NCBI RefSeq assembly: GCF_030684315.1
Contig: NC_081362.1
Location: 95,773,187 to 95,837,186 of the forward strand
Origin: Stegostoma tigrinum
Taxonomy: Eukaryota
Direction of reading: 5' to 3'
Length of the DNA stretch: 64,000 nucleotides
A program made the position numbers and the translations under genes. Position 1 is the first letter of the stretch. Every line of letters begins with the position of its first letter. A model generated the notes under the pieces. It did no database searches. It was given only the letters and a program-made list of their open reading frames with translations, and was not told the origin of the DNA. Below, piece by piece: positions 1-13,220 of this stretch.

Positions 1-699
1 TGAAATTTTAACATTAACCATGCTTGTCATAGTGATGTTGACAAACCTAACCCACTTATAACCAGGAGCTCTGCAGCTCAGAATGAAGTGATTTGTACTA
101 ATCCATGAATATCTGCTTTCCCCTTGCCATCACAGTTGAGGATATGAGGCTCCACCGTTCATTCTGTTTATCATGTTACAAACTGTGTATGACTTATCTC
201 AGTTCATGTAGGTTTTCAAAAGTCTTGGACTCTATTCCCTTTCCACTGAGCATGACCTAAACTTGCAGAATTCTAAAGAAAGCATTGAAGTAAATTCTCC
301 TCTGCCTAGGTTACCTTGGTGAGCTCTGGGATAGAGCTTCAACGTTAACAACCTTAGCTTATTTGCCAGCCTTACAAGAACCATGGTGCTTAATTTTGTA
401 AATATTACACCCTTCCAGACTGTGGGAATTGCTGCTAAGGATTTATAACATAGGAAAAGCTAGTATGCGCTACACAAGACCAAATCCCAGTGTCGTGCTC
501 TCTCCCTAAAATCTTAGAGCATTCTCTGCTGCTGATCTACCATTTCCTAGAATAACGTAATCGTCTTGTCATACAGTAATCAAAATGTCCATTCTAAATG
601 CTGCTTCTTGCTCTTAATGACCATTGAGGCTGCACAAATTATTTTAACCCCATTCAACTGCCAGAATGTTTTTCAATCCTTCTGACATTTAACTCCAGA

Positions 700-960
700 G
701 GGAGTGATGATGTAATTGTTTTGCCACGGGGTGAGTAATCCCAAACAGCATATTAATGCTCTGGGAATGTGGGTTTAAATTTCACCTTGATAGATGGTGA
801 AATTTTAATCAATAAATCTGGAATTAATAGTAAGTCCGTTGGTGATTATGAAGTTATTGTTAATTGTCTATCTGGCTCATCATCTTCCAGTTAGGCAAGC
901 AAATCTGCCATCGTCACCTCGTCTGGCTTACATGAGACCCCAGACCCTCAGAAAACTGAC
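700..960 (+). mobile_element. Deu-domain (SacSINE1-like) SINE, degenerate
   Basis: Similar to 39015-39370 (gatggtgaaat...tctggaattaa...catgagaccccagaccc). Confidence 0.65.
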
Positions 961-2984
961 TGTTCAATAACACCAGATGAGCCAGTCAGAATCAAAGAAG
1001 GGGCTGGAAATGGAGATGACATGCACAGCCCTGTCAAACCTCAAAAGTTCTCATTGTTAATGCCTCAGACAACACCATCACTATTGTCCCACAGGCAGGA
1101 TAAGCCCAGCAAAGGTGGTAACATAGTAGCATATAGTCAGGAGGGAGCTACCCTGCCAATCTTCAATATTGACTCTGGGCCCCATGAGATGTCTTGGCAC
1201 TTGCTCAGTAGTAAGCTGCTCAGTGACATCCAGTTTGGGTTCCACCAGGGCCACTCAGCCCCAGACCTTATCACAGCCACTGCTCCCACAGCAAGACCCG
1301 GATCAGTCCCAGTCCTCAGCAGTGCTTGTATCTTTGCCTAAAATGATAACTGAGTGTGGAAGAACCATCTTTCACAGCTCTCCTGCCTCCTGGGACTGCA
1401 GAACTGAAGGTTGTTTTCATGCTGACCTTGCACAGTGCTATTGGTTTTGATGAGTTACCTATTAATACACCACATCCTCTTTATATATTTGTTTATAAGA
1501 TATTAATTTGTTGCCTTGTCTAGTGTCATTAGCTTGCTGTATTGAACACATGTAATTCTTAGACTTCATACCTTGGTAAAGTGAGAAACTAGACACTAAT
1601 TTTTATTTTTCTCTAAGAAAAAGGATTTATTTACCCAATGCTGTGGTGAAATATATTTGCCGCCTACAACCACCCCAGTGTCCCATCAATCTCTATCAAT
1701 GCATTAGGGACTTAATTAAATCATGCTCTTCGTTAATATAATTAACATTGCATTAACAATTTCTTGGTTACCCTGCTCTGTCTTGATGCAGTACAAAACA
1801 GCAAGTCTTAAAATGGGATGCTTGTCACGTTTGGGACTTTGAGATTTACTCTTTGAAGAGGTGGGGAGGAGGAATGTTGAGCAGATTGCAAAAGATCCCT
1901 GAGTCATTGCTCGGTGTTTGTATTCATCATGACCATCGTACCAGAAATGCAGGCTTTGTTCTTGCATGCTGCTGTAACAGCCCAACATTTGGAAATGAGG
2001 AACAGGGAATGTTAAACACTGCTTTAACTATCCTAATATTATAAACTTAAGCAATACGAGCAGGAGTAGGCCCTCTTGTTCCTTGCGCCTGCTCCACTCT
2101 TTGATGAGAGGTTGCACACTATTTCTATCGCTTTCGATTCCCTTAATTTCTCAAACTGCCAATCTCTGATCTGAAGGTATTAAGTGGCTAAGCAGTGCCG
2201 GTCCTGGGAGCGGAGAGTTCCAAAAACTTGCAGTCCTTTTGAATGATCTTGTTCCCTTGTCTCCTAGCCTGTTGGGAATGGAAACAATTGACTCTACTGG
2301 CCTTAAAGCTAAAGTTCCTTTAACTTTATTCCTCGTCTTGTTCTGTTCCATTAGTACTTCTGTCTGTTCTGTCAATTGTACTTTTCATTCTCTAGTAAAT
2401 AAGCATTTGGTTCATTTGCATTTCTTGCGTAAGGATCTTTAGTTATCTAAAGTTCATTAACTTGTCCTGCACTACTGCATGTTGTGTTGATTTGACCCTG
2501 AGTCCCTACAGATTTGCATATTGCAGATTGTCAGTTCCACATTTCTCACTGCATGCTCATGGGCATTTTGAATGTTACACTATTATTTGCTCTTTACTGT
2601 GAGGCAATTCAGTTCTGGTTCTTTCTCCTTGTTGTATTCTCCGATGTCTCTTTTCTGTAGCCCTTTCCCTGCTGAAGTTAAACCCTTCCTGTTCACACAG
2701 TGTAAGCAGCTGGATCATGGGTTTAGACAGTGATTGTAGAATATCACAGAACAGGCATGATCTGGTGTAAGGTACTTGACAGATACTTGACCCTTAAATG
2801 TTCTATTTACAGACTTCTAGCAGACATCTAATAAGTCTTATGAAAGACTGTCAGCTAAAGTTGTACCTTATGCAATTGTTGGCTGGTTATCCAGCTCAGA
2901 CAACACTAGGTTACAGTCCAACCTGGTGTTGTGTGACTTCTGGCTTTGCCCAATTCCAGCACCAGCATCTCCACATTAGGTCAT

Positions 2985-3920
2985 TCAGCTGGTGAACATG
3001 TTAACTGAGCCTTGGGAGGAAAATGGGGTGAGCAGACAGGGAACCTAATTTACAAGACGAGACTAGTGGTGTCCCACGGAGATGTATGTTGAGGCCTCAG
3101 CTATTCACCTATTCTCTAAAGGGGGCAGATAATAATGTAGAAAGCTACAATTCAAAACATGCTGATGACACAAACAGTGGTGGCAGTCACAGAGATAGAC
3201 ACTTTGAATAAACAAGAAATATTTGTGTATCTGGGGCAAAGGGATTTTAATGCCAGCAAGTGTGCTAACAGTTTGGAGCTAAATTGAATCAAAGTTATGA
3301 AAACCTGAAGTGATGACAGTTCAGACAGACTTGGAGCAAGGCACCATATCAAAGCCAGGATTCTATAGCCTTTGATGGAGTGCAGTATGTTATCATGACC
3401 ACAATGAGATCTGAATTACAAATGTTAAATTATGTGGAGAGAATATATAAACTGGGGTTGTATTTTCTGGTTCTTAGAAGGTTACAGGGCTGTTTCGTCG
3501 ACACTGGGATTGCAAGACTGATACATGAGGACATATTGAATCAATAAAATTGCATTCTCTGAAGTTTGGAAGAATGGAGGGGACGGGGTCTCATAGAAGT
3601 CTATAAAATTCTGACAGGCCTGGACAGGTTAGGTGAAGAAGGGGTATTCTCAGTGAATGAGGAGCTCAGAGCCAGAGGCCACAGCCTAAAGATATAGGGT
3701 AGACTATTTAGAACTGATATGAGGAGAAATAACTTCACCCAGAGAGTGGAGAGCCTGTGGAGTTTTGTGCAATGGGAAGCAGCTGAGTCCAAAACACTTC
3801 AAGAAGAAGTTGGATATACGGGATCAAAGGATATGGAGAAAAAACAGGAACAGGCTATAGAGTTGGATAATAAGCTGTCATTGTAATGAATGGCAAAGCA
3901 GGGCTAAATGGCCTACTCAG
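2985..3920 (+). mobile_element. CR1-clade LINE 3' fragments, decayed
   Basis: RT motif-like SGVP...L.PQLF, 3' end resembling other CR1 copies (aatggcctactc). Confidence 0.7.
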
Positions 3921-5024
3921 AGGTAGTAAGAACTGCCAATGCTGGGAGTCAGAGATAACATGGTGTGGAGCTGGAGGAACACAGCAGGCCAGGCAGCATC
4001 AGAGGAGCAGGAAAGTTGACGGTTTGGGTTAGGACCCTTCTCCTCCTGCTTCTATTTTCTATGTTTTACAGTGGATCTACAGAATTGGATAGGAGAACAG
4101 GCCTAAAGCAGCTAAATGAAATAAAGATACAAAAATTTAGTGAATAATTAGCAGTCAGGTAGGATCGGGTAACATCAAAGTTAATGTTTTGAGTCAGTGT
4201 TTTTCAGATTTTCAGCAACTGCAGCATTTTGCTTTTGCAGGCATCATCCCGAACCTGTGTAGAGGTCATGTAATCTAGCCAAATATTGAACATAGCATCT
4301 AAGATTACGAGGATGGGCTCCAATTTCTCAGGCTCTTCCTTACGGAGGTGAAATGCTTCTTTAAGTGTCAGAAGTCGCACATCACCAGGTTATAGTCCAA
4401 CAGGTTTATGTGAAATTCCAAGCTTTTGGTGTGCTGCTCCTTTGTCAGGTGAACTGGAGGAAGCATACAGGCACACTCCACCTCACCTGTAACTTGGCGT
4501 ATTGTGACTTCTGACTTTGTCGACCCCAGTCCAACACTGACCCCTCCACATCATTTATTTTAAGTATAGTTACCTGTTTGAACAAAGCAAATATTTTGAG
4601 TTCTCCACAGTGTTGATTGTCTTCCAGTTTTCTAGATCCTTCATCATTTTCGTAACCCCTTTCCAGGGCAGATATTCACCATCTACCCCTGAGATTTCTG
4701 GATTTTTTTTCCAATCCTGATTGTCTGTTAGCACACAGTTAACTTATAGCAGATACACGTTCCAAAAACACACAGAGATCTCAATATGGTTTAGTTTTTG
4801 AGAGCTCCTGTTCCAATCTGAATGATAAAGATGATGACTACTTCTAATGATCAACATAGGACAAGATTCTCATAGCAAGGTTTCTCTAGAAGGAATTTGG
4901 AGGGATAATCCAATCTTTCAACTTTGCAATTTGTCATAGGAAGCTTTTTATTTGTTGGGCCATTGATGGATACTGTTTGCATGTGATGCACAGAAAGAGG
5001 CCAGGTATTAACAATTGAGTAGAA

Positions 5025-5195
5025 GTAGTAGGAACTGCACATGCTGAAGAATCTGAGATAACAAGGTGTAGAGCTGGATGAACACAGCAGGCCAAGCAGC
5101 ATCAGAGGAGCAGGAAAGCTGATGTTTCAGGTCTGGACCCTTCAGATGCTGCTTGGCCTGCTGTGTTCATCCAGCTCTACACCTTGTTATCTCAA
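5025..5195. mobile_element. Palindromic Penelope terminal-repeat mini-element
   Basis: ~50-bp perfect inverted arms (gagataacaaggtgtagagctggatgaacacagcaggccaagcagcatc and its reverse complement). Confidence 0.75.
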
Positions 5196-5537
5196 TCATT
5201 GAATAGATTTTTGTACACTTACACCCAGGCCTCCAAGCTCTGTGGAAGCCCCACTTGCTCCTGAGGTGTGCATAATAGCTCTGAACAAGTTGATTAGAAA
5301 AGGTGGAAGTTTTTTTAAAATCTGAAATGTGTCCCTAGTGAATGGCATAGAACACAGCTCAGCAGTTATGGATTGGATCGGTGCTTCACTGTCTGACTGG
5401 TCCCTGGATTGCTGTTTGATGGTTTCATGATGGCACTGACTTTAACAAGTTAGTATAACTAAGTCAAGTCAGTCATATACCGATCAATAAATAAAAATTC
5501 CGAACTGAATATAATTTAATTTGGCAGAGAGTGAAAA

Positions 5538-5935
5538 AACTCAGCACTGTTTCAGTCCTGGTTCCAGGCTATTCCACAGGAACTTGTTCATATTGATGTT
5601 TTGTCCTTGCACGCTGCGAGGGGACATTGGGATCAGGGATTGGTCTCTTGGAGTTTGGCTGTTGCATTGAACAATCTGAACTTGATGAGCCTGAAGAGTG
5701 ACGTCAGGTCGTTGTCTATAGTCCTCCTCGATAGCCCTTGCATGTGTAAGTGCCTGAGGGAGGTGTCTGCACTCTTTACTACCTGATGCCATCATTGGCC
5801 TGGACACTGTCACTGAAACTGATCCCTTGCTGGTCAACCAAGCTCCATACCATCATAATGTGTACCAGGAGCTGCAGCTAAATGACCCTCAGCAGCTATG
5901 GACAGAACAACTGAAGATCAGTGCTGAGTTGTGAA
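5538..5935 (+). ncRNA. Candidate structured RNA module, copy 1 of a dispersed duplicate
   Basis: 12-bp terminal inverted repeat aactcagcactg (5538-5549)/cagtgctgagtt (5919-5930) with further nested stems. A near-identical copy lies at 13567-13962. I do not recognise a known RNA family. Confidence 0.4.
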
Positions 5936-7179
5936 TCACGTTGAAAGGTTAAACCAAAGTGCCAAGTGCGTTAGATGCCTTGATCCAAAGCTGGAACAGA
6001 GCAAACTCTGATCAGAGAAGCTACGAAGTAAGGAAGTTTAGTGACTGTACACTAAGCAATGCTGAAAGGTTTGCACCTGTCAGAATTTGTAGTTTATTTA
6101 CAGAGCTGTCTCACCCGGAGATTGAATTACTGAGAGGGGTGAGGATGGCTCACCCTGTACTGGAGGTCAACTGTAACTGAGCAACCCTTTCTCTGTGATC
6201 ATTGGTAGGTGTAATCTAATGTTCTCAGCTGCTGTAAATGAATTTGCTCATTGTCTTTAAGTCTAACCTGTTGTGCCTTGAACTGAATTTTAAATTACTA
6301 GTTGTTAAATGTTGTCAAACCAGTTTAGTGTGTAAAAATTAAACTCTTCAATTATTTATGAAACATAATAAAATAATCTCAATCAGTACCTGGTCCTAGG
6401 ATCATGGTGATGCCTTGGTTTGAGAGTTTTTTCAGGGGATTCCTCCACCACCATCACCTTTTACTTGTTTTGTTTTCTTCCCTGCTCTCTAGTCTTCAAT
6501 CTGACAATGTGTCAATAGCTGTCATCTACCATGAGCTTATATAGCAATGATCTACATCAGCAAAGTCTCACAGGGCTCTGTGACTCTAGTAAAACATCCT
6601 GCACATTGCTTCCTCAAGCACTCACACATAATGGGATAAATCTGCCTCTGCTGTGCCAATAACCTCAGCTCTTGCAATACTCTTCAGGTTAGTTGTTACA
6701 ACATTCACACTAACCATCCATGTGTCAACTTGATGTTGCCATGTGTCAACTTGATGTTGAGGTCTGATTGTACCAGGCGGAAGACCAGGAATAAGCCATT
6801 CAGTCTCTCAAGCCTGCTGTGATATTCTAGATCATGAGTAACCATCTCCCTCACTGCCATATTCCAGAGCTATTTCATACCCCTGGATGTCAATAGTAAC
6901 TCAGAACCTGCCCCTGTAACCTCACATTTCCCATGGCGAATGCACTAAACCTGCACATACTTGGACAGTATGGGTCAATTTACCAGGGCTAGCCCATGTA
7001 AAACTGCAAGTCTTTTGACTGTGAGAGGAAACCAGGTCACCTGGTAACAGGTCTATTGTCCCTTCTTCAGAACCCTGAAGAAGATTTTAAGAACCTGAAA
7101 CAGTAACTCTACTTTCTCACCAGTTTGTCCAGCAATTTCTACATTTGTTTCTGATTCCCACCATCCACACTTACTGAGT

Positions 7180-7720
7180 CATATAACACAGAAACAGACC
7201 CTTCAGTCCAAGCAGTCCATGTCCACTATAATCCCAAACTAAACTGGTCCCACCCACCTATGCTTGGCCTGTATCCCTACATACATTTCTTATTCATGTA
7301 CTTATCCAAATGTCTTTGAAATGTTATAACTGTACCCACATCCACCATGTCCTCTGTAAGTGCATTTCACACACAAACCACTCTGTGTAAAAAGGAAAGT
7401 GGCCTCTCAGGTCTTTTTTAATTGTTTCTCTTCTCACCTTAAAAATATGGTCCCTTGTGTTGAAATCCCCCACCTTAGGGAAAAGACACCTGCTATCCAC
7501 CTTATCTACACCCCTTATAATTTTGTAAACCTGTATAAGGTCACCTCTGAACCTTCTACACTCCAGTGAGGAAAAGGTCCCAGCCTGTTCACCTCTCCTT
7601 ATAACTCAAATCCTCCATTCCTGACAACATCCTGGTAAATCTCTTCTGAACCCCCTCCAGCTTAATAATATCGTTAGTATAACAGGGAGACCAGAACTGG
7701 ACACAATACTCCAGAAGAGG
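7180..7720 (-). mobile_element. CR1 LINE 3' fragment
   Basis: Antisense CR1 C-terminal motifs; same subfamily as 8905-9570. Confidence 0.8.
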
Positions 7721-7721
7721 A

Positions 7722-8885
7722 TTCATAACTTCAGTAAGGCATTTGATAACGTTCCCCATGGTAGGCTCATTCAGAAGGTCAGGAGGAATGGGACACAGGG
7801 GAACTTAGCTGCTTGGATACAGAATTGGCTGGCCAACAGAAGACAGCGAGTGGTAGTAGAAGGAAAATATTCTGCCTGGAAGTCAGTGGTGAGTGGGGTT
7901 CCACAGGGCTCTGTCCTTGGGCCTCTACTGTTTGTAATTTTTATTAATGACTTGGATGAGGGGATTGAAGGATGGGTCAGCAAGTTTGCAGACGACAGAA
8001 AGGTCGGAGGTGTCGTTGACAGTGTAGAGGGCTGTTGTAGGCTGCAGCGGGACATTGACAGGATGCAGAGATGGGCTGAGAGGTGGCAGATGGAGTTCAA
8101 CCTGGATAAATGCGAGGTGATGCATTTTGGAAGGTCGAATTTGAAAGCTGAGTACAGGATTAAGGATAGGATTCTTGGCAGCGTGGAGGAACAGAGGGAT
8201 CTTGGTGTGCAGATACATAGATCCCTTAAAATGGCCACCCAAGGGGACAGGGTTGTTAAGAAAGCATATGGTGTTTTGGCTTTCATTAACAGGGGGATTG
8301 AGTTTAAGAGTCGTGTGATCTTGTTGCAGCTCTATAAAACTTTGGTTAGACCGCACTTGGAATACTGCGTCCAGTTCTGGGCGCCCTATTATAGGAAAGA
8401 TGTGGATGCTTTGGAGAGGGTTCAGAGGAGGTTTACCAGGATGCTGCCTGGACTGGAGGGCTTATCTTATGAAGAGAGGTTGACTGAGCTCGGTCTCTTT
8501 TCATTGGAGAAAAGGAGGAGGAGAGGGGACCTAATTGAGGTATACAAGATAATGAGAGGCATAGATAGAGTTGATAGCCAGAGACTATTTCCCAGGGCAG
8601 AAATGGCTAGCACGAGGGGTCATAGTTTTAAGTTGGTTGGTGGAAAGTATAGAGGGGATGTCAGAGGCAGGTTCTTTACGCAGAGAGTTGTGAGAGCATG
8701 GAATGCGTTGCCAGCAGCAGTTGTGGAAGCAAGGTCATTGTGGTCATTTAAGAGACTGCTGGACATGTATATGGTCACAGAAATTTGAGGGTGCATACAT
8801 GAGGATCAATGGTCGGCACAACATTGTGGGCTGAAGGGCCTGTTCTGTGCTGTACTGTTCTATGTTCTATGTCCTATGTCCTATA
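7722..8885 (+). mobile_element. Young 5'-truncated CR1 LINE with open RT ORF (7850-8788)
   Basis: SGVPQGSVLGPLLF, KFADD, RPHLEYCVQFW motifs, and a (TTCTATG)n tail. Confidence 0.95.
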
Positions 8886-8904
8886 ACGCCATAGTTACCA
8901 TAAC

Positions 8905-9570
8905 ATACAGAAACAGATCCTTCAGTCCATGCCAACTATAATCCCAAACTAAACTAGTCCCACCTGCCTGCTCCTGACCCATATTATTCCAAACCTTTCC
9001 TATTTGTGCACTTATCTAAATGTCCTTTCAATGTTGTAACTCCCCACATCCACCACTTCCTCAGGAATTTCATTCCACATGTGACCCACCCTCTGTGTAA
9101 AAAGATTTCCCCTCGGATTTTTTTTTAAATTCTCTGTCATCTCACCTTAAAAATATGTGCCCCCTAGTCTTAAAATCCCCCATACCAGGGGGAAAAAACA
9201 CCTACCATTAATTGTATCTGTACCCCTCATGATTTTATAAGCTTCTATAAGGTCACCTCCCAATCTTCGGCGCTCCAGTTAAAAAAGTCTCAGCCTATCC
9301 AGCCTTTCGTTATAACTCAAACCTTCTGTAGCTGGCAACATCCTGGTAAATCTCTGTTGAACCCACTCCAGCTAAATAATACCATCCCCATAACTGGGCA
9401 ACCAGAACTGGACACCATATTCCAGAAGAAGCCTCACCAATGTCATTTGCAACCTCATTCTCAACTCCTATATTCAAAGGACCGAGCAATGAAGGCAAGT
9501 GTGCCAAACATCTTATTAACCATCCTGTCTAGTTTTGATGTAAGCATCAAAGAATTATGTACCTGAACCT
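8905..9570 (-). mobile_element. CR1 LINE 3' fragment
   Basis: Antisense CR1 C-terminus. Confidence 0.8.
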
Positions 9571-9769
9571 CTTTGGTTTTAGGTTTTCCAGGTGGTTGCC
9601 TAGATTGGAGTGTATTAATTGATAAGAAGACAAATTTGGATTATTTTTACTGGAGCATTAGAAGCTGAGAGGTGACCTGAGAAAAATGTTTAAAATTATC
9701 AGACTCATGAATAGGGTGGATGGTCAGAGTCTTTTTCCCAGGGTGGAAACATCAAATGCTAGTGGGGTT

Positions 9770-10934
9770 AAAATTGTATCGGAGATATTGGGAACTGCAA
9801 ATGCTGGAGAATCCGAGATAACAAGGTGTAGAGCTGGATGAACACAGCAGGCCAAGCAGCATCAGAGGAGCACAAAAGCTGAGGTTTCAGGCCGAGACCC
9901 TTCATCAGAAAAGGGGGATGGGGAGAGGGTTCTAAAATAAATAGGGAGAGAGGGGGAGGTGCATCGAAGATGGATAGAGGAGAAGATAGGTGGAGAGGAG
10001 ATAGACAAGTTAAAGGGGTGAGAATGGAGACTGTAGAGGTGAGTATAGGTGGGGAGGTAGGGAGGTGATAGGTGCAGTTTGAGGTGGGAGGAGGGGATAG
10101 GTGAGAGGAAGAACAAGTTAGGGAGGCGGGGATGAGCTGGGATGGTTTTGGGATGCAGTGGGGGGAGGGGAGGCTTTGAAGCTTGTGAAATCCACATTGA
10201 TACCATTGGGCTGCAGGGTTCCTAAGTGGAATGTGGTATATCGCATCAGCTGTACCCATTGTGGTTTCCACTATTTTGGGGAAACCAAAGAGAGGCTTGG
10301 GTACGGCTTTGCAGAACACCTCCGCTCTGTTCGTAACAAACAACTGCACCTCCCAGTCGTGAACCAATTCAACTCCCCCTCCCATCCCTTAGACGACATG
10401 TCCATCCTGGGCCTCCTGCAGTGCCACGATGATGCCACTGGAAGGTTGCAGGAACAGCAACTCATATTCCACTTGGGAACGCTGCAGCCCAATGGTATCA
10501 ATGTGGATTTCACAAGCTTCAAAATCTCCCCTCCCCCACTGCATCCCAAAACCAGCCCAGCTCGTCCCCACCTCCCTAACTTGTTCTTCCTCTCACCTAT
10601 ACCCTCCTGCCACCTCAAGCCGTACCTCCATTTCCTACCTCCTAACCTCATCCCGCCCTCTTGACCTGCTCGGACTGGCCTATCCCCTCCCTACCTCCCC
10701 ACCAATACCTACCTCTGCAGTGTCCATTCCCGCCCCTTTAACTTGTCTGTCCCCTCTCCACCTATCTTCTCCTTTGTCCGTCTTCGATCTGCCTCCCCCT
10801 CTCTCCCTATTTATTGCAGAGTCCTCTCCCCATCCCCCTTTTCTGATGAAGGGTTGAGGCCCGAAACATCAGCTTTTGTGCTCCTGACATGTTGCTTGGC
10901 CTGCTGTGTTCATCCAGCTCCACGCTTTGTTATC
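9770..10934. mobile_element. Penelope-like element, inverted (tail-out) arrangement with GIY-YIG remnant
   Basis: NVVYRISCTHCGFHYFGETK...LGTLQPNGIN. Minus arm 9780-10230, plus arm 10230-10934. Flanked by a 13-bp TSD tcaaatgctagtg (9752, 10935) inside a CR1 fragment. Confidence 0.88.
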
Positions 10935-11554
10935 TCAAATGCTAGTGAGTACAGGTTTAGGGTGAGAAGGGGAAAGATTAAAGGTGATATGGGACACGAG
11001 TTTTTTTACATAGGGTGGTAGGTGCTTGGAAGGAATTGCCAGGGGAGATGGTAGAAACAGGTATGATAGCAAGATTTAAGAGGATTTGGACAGGCACAAA
11101 AACAGGTAGGGAATCAATGGATACTGGCCGTGTGCAGCCACATGGAATTCACTTAAAATGGCATTGTGGTCAGGACAGTCATGGTGGGCCAAAGGGCCTG
11201 TTCCTGTGCTGTACTGTCTGATGTTCAATCAAGTGACTATCCATATGTTGGATCTTGCATTATAACTGAGGTCACCATGATATCTACTGAGGGTGAGCTG
11301 TACTCGACATTCAGAATCTCGCATCCAGGGGATGGAAGCATAGTTTCAACCCTATCATCAAATCCTCACAGGCTATAGCTGGGCTATGTGTTCAATAGAG
11401 GGTGGTGAAGGTGTTGTGGCCCTGTACTTTGACTCAGGACTCCAGAACTCTAGGCTAATGATCTGTGGACGAGTTCAAATCCTACCATGGCAGATGGTGA
11501 AATGTGAATTCAATTAAAACTGGAATTAAAAACTAATGTGAAGGTGACTGTGTA

Positions 11555-12470
11555 CTCTCTTTGAGGTGGGAGGAGTGGATGGGTAGGAGAGAAGATGGAC
11601 AGGTTGTGCCAGTTCAAGGAGGCGGGGATGAGAGGGAAGATTGGTCATGGGATGAGGCCATGGTTGGGAGATTTTGAAGCTGGTAGTGTCCACATTTAGG
11701 CCATCAGTCTGGAGGCTCCTGAGGTGGAATGTGAGGTGCTGCTTCTCCAGTTTGTGGGTGGTGTCATTGTGACACTGGAGGAGGCCCAGGATGGACATGT
11801 CACCCAGGGAGTGGGAGGGCGTGTTAAAATAGTTCACGACTGAAAGGTATTATTATTTGTTGTGAATCATTTCAGCTCCCCCTCCCACTCCCTGGGTGAC
11901 ATGTCCATCCTGGGCCTCCTCCAGTGCACAACGACACCACCCACAAACTGGAGGAGAAGCACCTCACATTCCACGCCAGGAGCCTCCAGACTGCTGGTCT
12001 AAACTTGGATATTACCAGCTTCAAAATCTCCCAACCACAGCCTCATCCCATGACCAAGCCTCCCTCCCATCCCTGCCTCCTTGATTTGACACAACTTGTC
12101 CATCTTGTCTCCTCTTACCTGCTCCTCCCACCTCACTGACCAATTTCTGATGAAGACTCTAGGCCCGAAATGTCAGCCTTCCAGCTCCTAAGATGCTTAG
12201 CCTGCTGCGTTCATCCAGCTCCACATTTTGTTATCCCACCACTGCCTACCTGCATTCACCTATCATCATCCCACCTACCTACCTTCCCCAGCCCCACCCT
12301 GTCCTCTTTCTTTATTTCTGAGCTCCCTTCCCACTCCCCATTTCTGAAGAAGGGCCCCAATCCAAAATGTCAACTTTCCTGCTCCCCTGATGCTACCTGG
12401 CCTGCTGTATTCCTCCAGTCCCACACTGTGTTATCTCTGACTCCAACATCAGCAGTTCTTAGTATGTCTG
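11555..12470. mobile_element. Penelope-like element, inverted pair of 3' fragments
   Basis: DMSILGLLQCHNDTT..KLE..HL.F motif on both strands around ~11860. Confidence 0.8.
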
Positions 12471-13021
12471 TATATGCTCTTGATTTTTTGTAAAAATTAA
12501 TGGCTCAGTAACATCAAGGAAATCTGACATCATTTCATGTGTAAACCTCTCAGCCCATAATGCATCCTATCCTGCCAGTAATCAGCTTCACCCTTCCTGT
12601 GTTGTATAGCAGCCACGGTGACAGACAGCAGTGTAGGCTCACCATTTCAGATACTTGTTATATTTTCTGCAGTGTTCCCATCACCAGAGTTCTGCTTCCA
12701 TCTGCTGGATGGAGCCTTAAACGAAACTTTGGATACTCAGGGCATGACCATCTCCTGGCCTGCTCACCTCCTGCTTCCTGACACAGGCTAGGATTGCCTG
12801 GAGATCCTGATAGGAGACATAATAGAGTTTTTGGAATTGGAAAATCTCTTGGAAGTAAGGCACTCTCTTCTGCAATATCACAACTGAAGCCAGTAGCAGC
12901 ACTCGGATTGATAAATTGGAGAGGTCCAGGTCGAGTGAAGGGTGTGAGGGTGATCCTCAGGACCCCAGACCCTGGTGATCTCTATCTGGCATTAGTTTGT
13001 TCTTCCCCTTGGGGTCAGGTT

Positions 13022-13220
13022 CATTAGCTTGGACAGCTCATCTGTGACACAGAGTGACACCAATGGAGTAAGTTCAATTCCTGCGCCTCCTGAAATTACA
13101 AGGAAGGTCACACCTTCTCAACTTCACTTCCCACCTGAGGTGTGGTGACCCTCGGGTTAAACCACCACCTGTTGCCTCTTTCTAATGAGAGCGCAGCCCC
13201 TATGGGACGAAGATAGCTTT
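13022..13220 (+). mobile_element. tRNA-derived SINE, degenerate
   Basis: A-box/B-box-like head (gttcaattcc) followed by a SINE-type body. Confidence 0.45.

Noticed and set aside
4190-4245. MALAT1-like U-rich triple-helix motif (ttttgctttt)
   Set aside because: It is the tail of a common repeat; there is no A-rich tract or mascRNA downstream.
5538-5935. Known ncRNA (U3, scaRNA, telomerase RNA, RNase P/MRP, 7SK)
   Set aside because: An internal TGATGA exists, but there is no terminal C/D pair, telomerase template or recognisable conserved box. A cmscan is needed to exclude these formally.
6718-6759. 21-bp tandem duplication ccatgtgtcaacttgatgttg
   Set aside because: Ordinary slippage duplication with two copies only.
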